Assembly (NCBI GenBank): GCA_037134755.1
Contig: JBAXLO010000008.1
Coordinates: forward strand, 14,011 to 38,010
Direction: 5' to 3'
DNA length: 24,000 bases
Source: Bacteroidota bacterium
GTDB lineage: Bacteria; Bacteroidota; Bacteroidia; Bacteroidales; JACABE01
The notes beneath the pieces are model-generated. The model made no database searches and had not been told where the DNA came from. It saw only the letters and a program-made list of their open reading frames with translations. The position numbers and the translations under genes were made by a program. Shown piece by piece: positions 1-8,396 of the stretch. Numbering within the stretch: position 1 is the stretch's first letter; every line of letters starts with the position of its first letter.

Positions 1-1789
1 TAAGAATATCCTCTTCAACCTTATTATAATCTGAGTTATTTGCTATAATTGGTATCGGGTTTGAATCAGGCGCAACATCTATTTGTTCAATTGAATTTGT
101 AGTTATTTCAATTTCTCCAGATATGTTTGATGGTACCTTAAATGTCTCAAATAAAGATTTTGGCAATCCCCCTAGCATTCCATTTCTGAGTTCTGTAGTC
201 GTATCCCCCCATAGCCTTAAAAGTATTCCTCTTTGTGTTGCAGTATTTGGGTCAATTTTTTTATTGCTTTCAGTATAATGAATAATTTTCCACCTTGGAA
301 TCGGTTGACTATCCAGTGTGAACCTAGACTCATTTAAAAGAAATCCTTCTGGATCAGTAACCCACATCGAAAGTACGTGCAAAATAACATTTTTTAAAAA
401 TACTCGTGGTGTCCTTCGTGCAACATCGAGGCTCTGGTATAGGTTCCATAACGCAGTCTCATTGAATGGGAATATGGAAAAATCCTTTTCCTGCTGCGAG
501 ACTATTGCCCATGGATATTCAGGTAATTTAGCAATTGGTATTGCCTCTTCGTATGCTCCTTTGTTAGCCCAATCGCAAATAATTTTTTCATCTAAATTTA
601 TTGCATTTATATACTTTGCTGCAAAATATGAAAGTTGCTTCTTGTTTCCAAGCATGGCTTCTTCTTTAATTAGTATATTATGTGTTACTCGATCTTTAAT
701 ATTATCAGGAATGCTATTCCAATAGAAGCTAGTTGTCGCTCCGCATATGGAACTGATTCTACAAAACTCACCATTTCCTTCTGCTGAGTGGTTTGTTATC
801 AAAACTTCCATCAATGCATTATCTAATCCAGAAAACGATGTAATATCCTCTATAAACAAAGTCAACTTGTTACCTTGCTTTTTCAATATACTTCTTAATG
901 ATGCAAATAAGTTCTTAAAGTCAGCCGATTCAAGATTTAGGCTTCGTTGAATAACTGATGATACTTTAGAGTTGAGATATTCAGCAACCTTGTTTCTTAG
1001 TTCGCTTCCTTCGCCTTCCGTAGCAAATTTCTCAGCTAGTCTAATTGTATTTCCTGCAGCTCCTGCATTTGCAATATCAAGATTCTGTTTAATTTGTTGT
1101 AATGTTATTTTGAAATCCTTGGCTGCAAAGATCTGATCTTCATTTTGATTAATAGTTCCGTCTTCTTTTGTTCCAAGTTTTGCGCAAATTTTACTTAATG
1201 GGCCATTGTCCACAAGTAAAAAGGTATTAATTATATACTCATCAGTTAAGTAGCTTTTGAGCCAATCTCTATATCTTTCGTCTAATAAATCATTTCCCGC
1301 TTCCTTATCTTTATCAATTTCAAGTGTAAAATTAAAATTTATCGTTTTCTTTAATTCTTCCCCAGTAATATTTCCTTTTGCATTTCTGATAATTCTAAGT
1401 TCATTCTCCTTTATTTCTTCAGGGAATAAATCAGCATCTATAATCTGTTTTAATGCATCTTGAAGAGTGTTGTGCGCTCGTGAAATTAATAAAACAACTT
1501 CTTTTTCATTTGCCTGCTTTTGATATTTTTCTTTAAGCCATCTAATTAAGTGAGATTTTCCAGACCCATTACTTCCCTGGATAAGAATGAGTTTATGTTC
1601 TTCAGGACTATCACATATTATTTCCTGGAAAAGCTTATTTTCATTGAGCGAGTCCTCTTTGGATCCAGTTCCCTTTTGTAAATATAAATTCTCAAAAGGA
1701 ATGTGAGTCGCAAGAAAATCAGCGATTGAAGGTGTTGTTGCTTCAGTTTGAATAACTTGACTTAATCTTTTCAGCCTTTGCGCATCCAT
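1..1789 (-). CDS. P-loop NTPase, BrxC/PglY-like or KAP-like Walker A; partial, 3' end beyond the left window edge
   Basis: Not in the supplied ORF track because no stop lies in the window. Hand translation from the ATG at 1789..1787 stays open to base 1 (596 codons): MDAQRLKRLSQVIQTEATTPSIADFLATHIPFENLYLQKG... Walker A is LILIQGSNGSGKSHLIRWL (GSNGSGKS = 1553..1576). A Walker-B-like LTLFIEDIT lies near 838..864. The start is 5 nt after the stop of the upstream gene. Confidence 0.8.
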   Translation of the reverse strand, partial: MDAQRLKRLSQVIQTEATTPSIADFLATHIPFENLYLQKGTGSKEDSLNENKLFQEIICDSPEEHKLILIQGSNGSGKSHLIRWLKEKYQKQANEKEVVLLISRAHNTLQDALKQIIDADLFPEEIKENELRIIRNAKGNITGEELKKTINFNFTLEIDKDKEAGNDLLDERYRDWLKSYLTDEYIINTFLLVDNGPLSKICAKLGTKEDGTINQNEDQIFAAKDFKITLQQIKQNLDIANAGAAGNTIRLAEKFATEGEGSELRNKVAEYLNSKVSSVIQRSLNLESADFKNLFASLRSILKKQGNKLTLFIEDITSFSGLDNALMEVLITNHSAEGNGEFCRISSICGATTSFYWNSIPDNIKDRVTHNILIKEEAMLGNKKQLSYFAAKYINAINLDEKIICDWANKGAYEEAIPIAKLPEYPWAIVSQQEKDFSIFPFNETALWNLYQSLDVARRTPRVFLKNVILHVLSMWVTDPEGFLLNESRFTLDSQPIPRWKIIHYTESNKKIDPNTATQRGILLRLWGDTTTELRNGMLGGLPKSLFETFKVPSNISGEIEITTNSIEQIDVAPDSNPIPIIANNSDYNKVEEDIL

Positions 1790-1794
1790 AAATT

Positions 1795-2589
1795 TTACCT
1801 CACAATTATTTCTGAAATCATATTTGTTTCCGGATATTGTATTGAATTTGTTAAGTGCCATATATCACTAGTATCAGGGATATATTTTAATTCTATAATT
1901 TTCTGGTTATTTAATATCCGTAGTGCCATTGATAAGCTTTGCTTGATTCGATTATCTTTTATTGTATTAAGATATTGTGGTGAATCAATAATTAATTGAT
2001 TGATGAACATTTTGACTGGAATTTTTTTACCACTTTCAAATGGTTTCTTAAATTTCAACCAATCACAAATATTATTATTGCACCCAAATACTAATGTTGA
2101 ACCAGCCCCTGCCTTTTGGAATGTAGCTAATCCAAGTGCCACAGCCCAATATCTGAAGCCTAAAATAAAGTCTTTTTCTATGTTAATTCCAAACTCAATT
2201 TCCCTAGGTATTTTATTTTTTAGTTCTTCTGCGGACTTATAACTAAACACATTACTTTGTTGACCAAGATACCATTTTACTAATAGTGTAAATGCCGTAT
2301 CCTTTTCTTTAAAAATATTATCTGCAATAGTAAACCTAAGAATATTAAAATTTCTTAATTGTTCTTCTGTAAAATCAGTAGATACTTTTTCACCATTTAT
2401 TAATTTAATGAAATTGCAATCCAATGAAAACTTAAAAACCCTATCATATGCTGTAGTATTTTCATGGCCTAACGTTATTAATTTTTTAAATTCTTCTTTT
2501 CTATATTTATCTTTTGCTCCTGCAAGCTTACAAATAATATAGACCATTTCTGGCATGCATTCTTGCCTTAATGAGTCTGCAATAATCAT
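1795..2589 (-). CDS. hypothetical protein, 264 aa, no recognised motif
   Basis: ATG start 2 nt after the stop of the RecQ-like gene. A GGGGG-type SD sits inside the upstream gene's 3' end. Its stop is 5 nt before the next start. Amino-acid composition looks like normal coding sequence. Confidence 0.7.
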   Translation of the reverse strand: MIIADSLRQECMPEMVYIICKLAGAKDKYRKEEFKKLITLGHENTTAYDRVFKFSLDCNFIKLINGEKVSTDFTEEQLRNFNILRFTIADNIFKEKDTAFTLLVKWYLGQQSNVFSYKSAEELKNKIPREIEFGINIEKDFILGFRYWAVALGLATFQKAGAGSTLVFGCNNNICDWLKFKKPFESGKKIPVKMFINQLIIDSPQYLNTIKDNRIKQSLSMALRILNNQKIIELKYIPDTSDIWHLTNSIQYPETNMISEIIVR

Positions 2590-2591
2590 AA

Positions 2592-5084
2592 TTATTTTCC
2601 CCCTTCAACATAAAAATTATAACTTATTTCAATGTCAGCTAAATCGCTTAAACGCTTCTCTTCCGACTTAATATATTGAGAAGATGGGCCAATATGAATT
2701 ATGCGATTGGCTTGATTTTTTGCAATATATTTATTTGAAAAGTCAAAATATTTATCAGTTAGATATTCATTTTCATTATAAATAATTGCGCATACACCAT
2801 TAAGCCATTTATATCCGATTTTCATAAATTCATCTAATGTTAATATCATGTATGCGTTAAATTCGTAAATGGATATAGCCTCAAGTATATCCTCTCCTTT
2901 TGTAATATTTGGTGTAATTATAATATTTACTTTGTTTTTTATTAAATAGCTAAAACACTCTGTATATTTATCAGCCTTTATATAAACACTATTTTGAAGT
3001 AATATTTGCTTATTTGAAATAACAATTTGTTGAAAAGGCGTATTAAAATTTATTAAATTAGTATCTAAGATATTATCTTTACTACTTTTGATTCCAATTT
3101 TACCCTCTTTGAAAGCAATCCCGAAGGACTTGTTTCTACAGTAAGGGCAGCCACTACAAACTTCCTGTGCATATGGGAATTCATCTATAAATATTGTTGA
3201 GAAACAGTTCTTTTTTGCGCTTTTTATCAATTTTTTTATAGACTTTATTCCTTCGCTTATCCTTGTTCTTTCATTGGCTCTAAAATTTGTAAGATATGTT
3301 GATAACTTTTCCGAATTCTCAAGTATGGATATTTGCACCAATTCAACAAGCATTTTATAGCCATTATTACTCGAAATATCAACATCTATTATCCTAAGAA
3401 GATTGCTTTTTAGCATGAATATTATTACATCTTTATTCCAACCGGCATTTTGTTGTCCTGTAGTTTCATATTTAAGATGTTCTGGCGCAATCTTAACATC
3501 TAACCATACTTTATTTGGGCCTTCTCCTGCCTTAGCGTTTGAATACATTGCTTTCCATCTTTTTACAATATTATCGACCGTTAATATTGAGGATTTAGTT
3601 AAGTTGTTTATAATTTCATTATCCTCAGTTTCATTAATCAACCAGTAGCAAAGGGACGTGCATCCATCCCTCCCAGCCCTTCCTATTTCTTGATAGTATC
3701 TACTCACATTTTCTGGTATATAGGAAGTTATTATTGTCCTGATGTCTTCTTTATCAACTCCCATACCAAATGCTGACGTTGCAATAATTATATCAATTTC
3801 GTCTTTTCTCCATTGTTCAAGTATTCTCTCCCTATCGCTATTTTTGGTTTCACCGGTGAATAACTCCAAGTAGGAAAACCCTAATTCTTTTAATTTATTA
3901 TAATAAGTTTTGGCAATTTCAGGTCTACTAGTGTAAACGATTAAAGGTTTTGGCGCTTGTTTAACAAGTTTAACCAGTATATCCTTCCTTTCTTCCTCAT
4001 CATTACATTTATGCATATAAAATTTAGGCTCTGGTCTTAATTCATCGGCCCTGAATTCAGTCAGAAAGTCATCATCGAAAATTATTTTTAATATTTCTGT
4101 GTCTTCCATAGTTAATGTTGCCGACAGCAATATTGTTTTTAGCCCTGACTCAGAAAGCTCTTTAATCTGATTTCGAAACGATCCTAGAAGTTGAAATTCA
4201 GGTCTAAATTTAATCCCCCAGCTAACGACCAAGTGTGCTTCATCGATAACAAGTGCACTTATTTTAGAATTTTTTGCCGATGCAAGGATTTTTTCTTTAA
4301 ATTCTTTATGCATCAAAGCCTCAGGCGAAATATATAAAATTGAAAGTGTGTTGTTATCAATCCCTTCAAAAATCCTGTTTTTATTTTTTTGATCAATCCC
4401 TGAATAATATGCAGCGCAAAATGTTGAAGAGAATTCGCACTTAGCATATAATTGCTTTGTTGAGATTTCGTGATCTATTGCAAGTGCAATAGTTGGAACA
4501 ACCACAATAATTAGGCCGTCATACATGTTTGATAGCGCCGGTAGTTGCCAGGCAAGGCTTTTCCCTCCCCCAGTTGGCAAACAAGCTAGTAATGTTTCAT
4601 TTTTTTTCATATTTGAAATTACATAAATTAACATCTTTTGAGATAAGGAAGTATAATTTTCATATCCTAAATATCTATATAACGTCCCATCTCCAAATGA
4701 CTTTTTTGTTCTCCTACTTTTAATATTTGAATATGAAGATCTTAAGTCATCAATATCATTAGCAATATTAACTTCTATAGTCAATTCAATATTATTATTG
4801 GTCGTGTCAAAAATAAAACCAAATGGCATTTTGTGCATGTAAATTTTATCGTACAATTCATTTGAGATTAAAATTCCACTTTGAAAATATTGCATGCATT
4901 GTCTTATGTGACCGCAAAAGTCAACGATGTTATCTTCTTTTAATGATTTCAGTGCTCTTAGCACGCATCTATATTTTAGAGGCTCATTTGCATCGCTTAT
5001 TAAACTATCAATTTTACCGATAGCAATATCAACGTCTAAATCATTAAATATAACTTTTTGAATTAATAGGATTGTTGGCTCCAT
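2592..5084 (-). CDS. RecQ-like SF2 DEAH helicase with N- and C-terminal extensions
   Basis: Motif I is CLPTGGGKSLAWQLPAL (4557..4577). Motif II is VIDEAHLVVSWG (DEAH 4233..4244), followed by the RecQ-typical FRPEF. Motif III is LLSATLT. Motifs V-VI are IIIATSAFGMGVDKEDIRTIITSYIPENVSRYYQEIGRAGRDG. Cysteines C627-x15-C643-x2-C646-x2-C649 have RecQ zinc-motif spacing. Confidence 0.85.
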   Translation of the reverse strand: MEPTILLIQKVIFNDLDVDIAIGKIDSLISDANEPLKYRCVLRALKSLKEDNIVDFCGHIRQCMQYFQSGILISNELYDKIYMHKMPFGFIFDTTNNNIELTIEVNIANDIDDLRSSYSNIKSRRTKKSFGDGTLYRYLGYENYTSLSQKMLIYVISNMKKNETLLACLPTGGGKSLAWQLPALSNMYDGLIIVVVPTIALAIDHEISTKQLYAKCEFSSTFCAAYYSGIDQKNKNRIFEGIDNNTLSILYISPEALMHKEFKEKILASAKNSKISALVIDEAHLVVSWGIKFRPEFQLLGSFRNQIKELSESGLKTILLSATLTMEDTEILKIIFDDDFLTEFRADELRPEPKFYMHKCNDEEERKDILVKLVKQAPKPLIVYTSRPEIAKTYYNKLKELGFSYLELFTGETKNSDRERILEQWRKDEIDIIIATSAFGMGVDKEDIRTIITSYIPENVSRYYQEIGRAGRDGCTSLCYWLINETEDNEIINNLTKSSILTVDNIVKRWKAMYSNAKAGEGPNKVWLDVKIAPEHLKYETTGQQNAGWNKDVIIFMLKSNLLRIIDVDISSNNGYKMLVELVQISILENSEKLSTYLTNFRANERTRISEGIKSIKKLIKSAKKNCFSTIFIDEFPYAQEVCSGCPYCRNKSFGIAFKEGKIGIKSSKDNILDTNLINFNTPFQQIVISNKQILLQNSVYIKADKYTECFSYLIKNKVNIIITPNITKGEDILEAISIYEFNAYMILTLDEFMKIGYKWLNGVCAIIYNENEYLTDKYFDFSNKYIAKNQANRIIHIGPSSQYIKSEEKRLSDLADIEISYNFYVEGGK

Positions 5085-5092
5085 CTAATCAC

Positions 5093-8000
5093 TCACCCCT
5101 TTTTAAAAACAGTAAATGCAATAGAATCTAATTCTATTATTGGGTTTGTTAATCCATAAATCAGTGCTTCTATAATGTCTTGAGTTAAGCAATATGTATT
5201 AATATCATTTATCCCATAGAATATCTCTCTTGCTTTCTTTGAGTTGAATTGGTTGTCAAGTTCTTCTCTCGCTCTTGTTATATCAGTAAAAATTTTAGCT
5301 TGCTCCGCTGCAATACCTTTGCCGGTTTTGTATGCAGCTTTCACATACTTTTCCCAATTCACCTTTGGATATTTATTTTTAAATGCATTAATCATTCCAT
5401 TTTCTCGTTTTCCGAGATGCATTGGTCTTTTATGCGTTACTTCTTCTAGTTGCCTCAGAATGTTGTATTCACTTATTGAATCCCACTTAATATTCAATGG
5501 CGCGGTGTTAATTACCTGCTTGTTATAAATAAATCTGCTAATCAATGTATAAATCTCTAAAGGATATCCCTTTTCAATTAGTTTTATTGGATTATAGTTT
5601 ATATTCCAGGTTGTTATTAATCCAATCCATTCAATTTCGCAATTTGAATATAAAAATGCGCAACATCTTCCTTTATAACATTCTTCTGCATTTCTTGTGA
5701 TGCTATCAAAGAATGGATTAAAAGGTGCAAAAAAACCTAAATTTTCATGTTTTATAGCCGCAGCCCTTGAAAACGTACCCCAAATATCATTTTTGTATCT
5801 CGCTCGGCTAATCAGCTCATCCATTCTAGGAGGGAAGTATAAAGAATTGAACATGCTACGCGCATTTAATTGTGTTGTGTCAACTTTTATTATTTTATAT
5901 CCATCTTTATATGCATTTGTAACTGTAACGTTCTCGAATCCTGCCATAGATGGCCATATCAACATTGTATCCATCAATCTTTTTCCATCGTTCTCGGTAA
6001 ATTTGATTATTAGCTCATTTAACTTTTTTTGTAAAAACGGATCAAGTTGTCTTGCCAAATCAAAGTATCTTTCTCTTTCAACTTCCGATTTCATTTTATT
6101 GTAGAATTCCTTAACATTCCCAAGTAATTTACCTAATCCAAATTTTGCATCGCTAATAAATGAGTTAGTAATTAAATCATTTAATTCTTCAAATATTATC
6201 TCCATTCCACATAATGATTCATCAAACATATTAAGTCCATTGCTATAGATGCTAAACAAATCATTTTCGATTGTATTCTCGGTAAAAAATACAATTGATA
6301 TAACATCTTTTCCTAGTTCTCTTCCTATCCTATCAAGCCTTCCAATTCTTTGTTCAATTAATGCTGGAGACCATGGTAAGTCAAAATGTATTATATAATC
6401 TGCAATCTGAAAGTTACGACCTTCACCCCCTGATTCATCACAAATAATAAATCTACAAAGATCATCGTTTTGAAATATTGTTGCCGATTCTTGCATTGCT
6501 TCTCTTGTTTTATTCGAATGAAATGAAGATGTCGAGTTTGTGCCAAAAAAAGATTCGAAACATTCTTCAAGTTTCAGCGCTGTTTCTGTAAAAGTTGTAA
6601 AAATAATATATTTTTTATTCTTTTCCAAATCCTCCTGGTCAATAAAGTCAATAACATTTGCAAATCTACTGTAGAATGATTCTATTTCATCAGATACATC
6701 TTTAATATTACTTATCTCTTGATTTGTTGCCCTTTTCCACTTTATATTTAACAACTTTATATTTTCAAGATAATCATTTTCGTTATCCAATAATTCAGAC
6801 TTTATATTGCTTCTTTCTTTTAGCACCACTTCCAACGCATAAGGTGAGCTAAAGAATGCGCTAAGTATTTTTTTTGCATACTCGAATAATTCGTGTTTTG
6901 GTTCTAAGTGTGATGAGAAAATATAATCTACATAATCAAGAACTTTTGACGAACAATTTTCTTCATTGAAATCTACATCAGCGCCCCTCATTTGATATGG
7001 TTTCATAATTAATTTTCTTGTAGTATTTTCATTTTCGATTTCAGTTCTTCTGTGCCTAATAATGTTTTTCTCTAATTGATAAAACTCTGCAATATATGCA
7101 AGGGATAGCCTAGCATATTTTATACCTTTATCATCAGAATCCCCATCGATGTTCATAATTAGTACTGAAAGCTTTTCATCACATATCTCTTGATTGATTT
7201 TTCTAAGCTTATTAATAAAGTCGCCTGATAAATTATATTCATTATAATCAGAAAGGTCTTTCATCATGTCATATACAAGATCCCTTATCTTGCGTTGCTT
7301 TTCCATTAAGTTAGTAAATTGAGTCAAATTGATAGTATCGAAACGTTTGGGATTCAATATTTTAAGTAATCTATAATATTCATCTTCGCGTTGTAAGATT
7401 GGTGTGGCACTAAGAAGAAGAAGCTCTTTTACATCGCCGGAAAAATTGTAAACTGAAGTATAAAGATTATTATTGTTAAGTAATTTATGAGTTTCATCTA
7501 CAACACACATGTCCCAATTAGCAAGTCTTTTTATTGTTTTTTCATTTTTTACAAAATCGCTTGTTGAAACTATAAGGAGTTTAGGCTCGCTTATTTCATC
7601 CACTCCCCATATTGGTATATTGAACCAGAATTTAAAAGAAAGCTCTGTTTGCCACTGATAAATAAGAGTGTCAGGAATAATAAATATAACTTTAGTCTTA
7701 GGTGACTTATCTATTTTACATTTAACAATTGAACATGCTTCGATAGTTTTTCCAAGTCCTACTTCATCAGCAAGCATTAATCTGCAAGGATTTTCTGATA
7801 AAGCTCTAATAATTGTATCTATTTGATGTGAAAATAAATGTACTCTTGTCCCAAGGAGGTTCTTGAATCCATATGGCGCATTATCAATCATATTCAATGA
7901 TTCACTAACAATTCTGCGATTTAAATACCATCTTGGGTTTTGCAATTCATAATTTAGCATTTGATATATTGGGTTAAAATTAGACCTGTTTAGAGAAGCT

Positions 8001-8365
8001 AGGATTTCTGTCTCGCATACAATCCCAGTTCTTGTTTCTCCATCTTTCATAAATTCAATATAATAATCATAGTATTCATAATCTGAGCTAGGTTTCCTGG
8101 AAGTTGTTATTATTTTAACCTTAAAACCCTTATAATTAATAATTGTATTGTCTAAAATGCAGCTTCTTTGAAGTTTATTTGCTTTGTAAATCACTCTGTT
8201 TGGAAGAAATTTGAAGAAATCTCTTAATCTAAAAAGATCATGGAAAACTACTGTAATTTTATCATTAACTAAATCAGCAAATTCTATTTGGCCTAATATA
8301 AAATCTCTTGGGTTTTGTGGATCTTCGTCATAAGCGCACCTTACATACATTCCCTTTTTTAACAT
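5093..8365 (-). CDS. RapA-like Swi2/Snf2 family ATPase/translocase, 1090 aa
   Basis: HQIDTIIRAL...RLMLADEVGLGKTIEA (GLGKT = 7745..7759). DETH box at 7487..7498. LLLSATP. GGEGRNFQIADYIIHFDLPWSPALIEQRIGRLDRIGR closely resembles E. coli RapA motifs V-VI. A roughly 390-aa extension after the core has no recognisable motif. Confidence 0.9.
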   Translation of the reverse strand: MLKKGMYVRCAYDEDPQNPRDFILGQIEFADLVNDKITVVFHDLFRLRDFFKFLPNRVIYKANKLQRSCILDNTIINYKGFKVKIITTSRKPSSDYEYYDYYIEFMKDGETRTGIVCETEILASLNRSNFNPIYQMLNYELQNPRWYLNRRIVSESLNMIDNAPYGFKNLLGTRVHLFSHQIDTIIRALSENPCRLMLADEVGLGKTIEACSIVKCKIDKSPKTKVIFIIPDTLIYQWQTELSFKFWFNIPIWGVDEISEPKLLIVSTSDFVKNEKTIKRLANWDMCVVDETHKLLNNNNLYTSVYNFSGDVKELLLLSATPILQREDEYYRLLKILNPKRFDTINLTQFTNLMEKQRKIRDLVYDMMKDLSDYNEYNLSGDFINKLRKINQEICDEKLSVLIMNIDGDSDDKGIKYARLSLAYIAEFYQLEKNIIRHRRTEIENENTTRKLIMKPYQMRGADVDFNEENCSSKVLDYVDYIFSSHLEPKHELFEYAKKILSAFFSSPYALEVVLKERSNIKSELLDNENDYLENIKLLNIKWKRATNQEISNIKDVSDEIESFYSRFANVIDFIDQEDLEKNKKYIIFTTFTETALKLEECFESFFGTNSTSSFHSNKTREAMQESATIFQNDDLCRFIICDESGGEGRNFQIADYIIHFDLPWSPALIEQRIGRLDRIGRELGKDVISIVFFTENTIENDLFSIYSNGLNMFDESLCGMEIIFEELNDLITNSFISDAKFGLGKLLGNVKEFYNKMKSEVERERYFDLARQLDPFLQKKLNELIIKFTENDGKRLMDTMLIWPSMAGFENVTVTNAYKDGYKIIKVDTTQLNARSMFNSLYFPPRMDELISRARYKNDIWGTFSRAAAIKHENLGFFAPFNPFFDSITRNAEECYKGRCCAFLYSNCEIEWIGLITTWNINYNPIKLIEKGYPLEIYTLISRFIYNKQVINTAPLNIKWDSISEYNILRQLEEVTHKRPMHLGKRENGMINAFKNKYPKVNWEKYVKAAYKTGKGIAAEQAKIFTDITRAREELDNQFNSKKAREIFYGINDINTYCLTQDIIEALIYGLTNPIIELDSIAFTVFKKG

Positions 8366-8396
8366 ATTGCTTAACCTCTTTCGGCGTGGTAAATAG

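Noticed and set aside
318-2242. Plus-strand ORFs 318..725, 747..950, 1257..1463, 1778..1999 and 2000..2242 from the ORF track
   Set aside because: They lie antisense to long minus-strand ORFs that carry clear motifs. Their translations are low-complexity and rich in Ser, Phe, Leu and Ile, as expected for the antisense of AT-rich coding DNA. They have no SD sites or motifs.
1795-2589. Assignment of the 264-aa protein as DUF4007/PbeA or DpdG
   Set aside because: I could not recognise any family-specific motif by eye. It is left as hypothetical with the comparison flagged for HMM testing.
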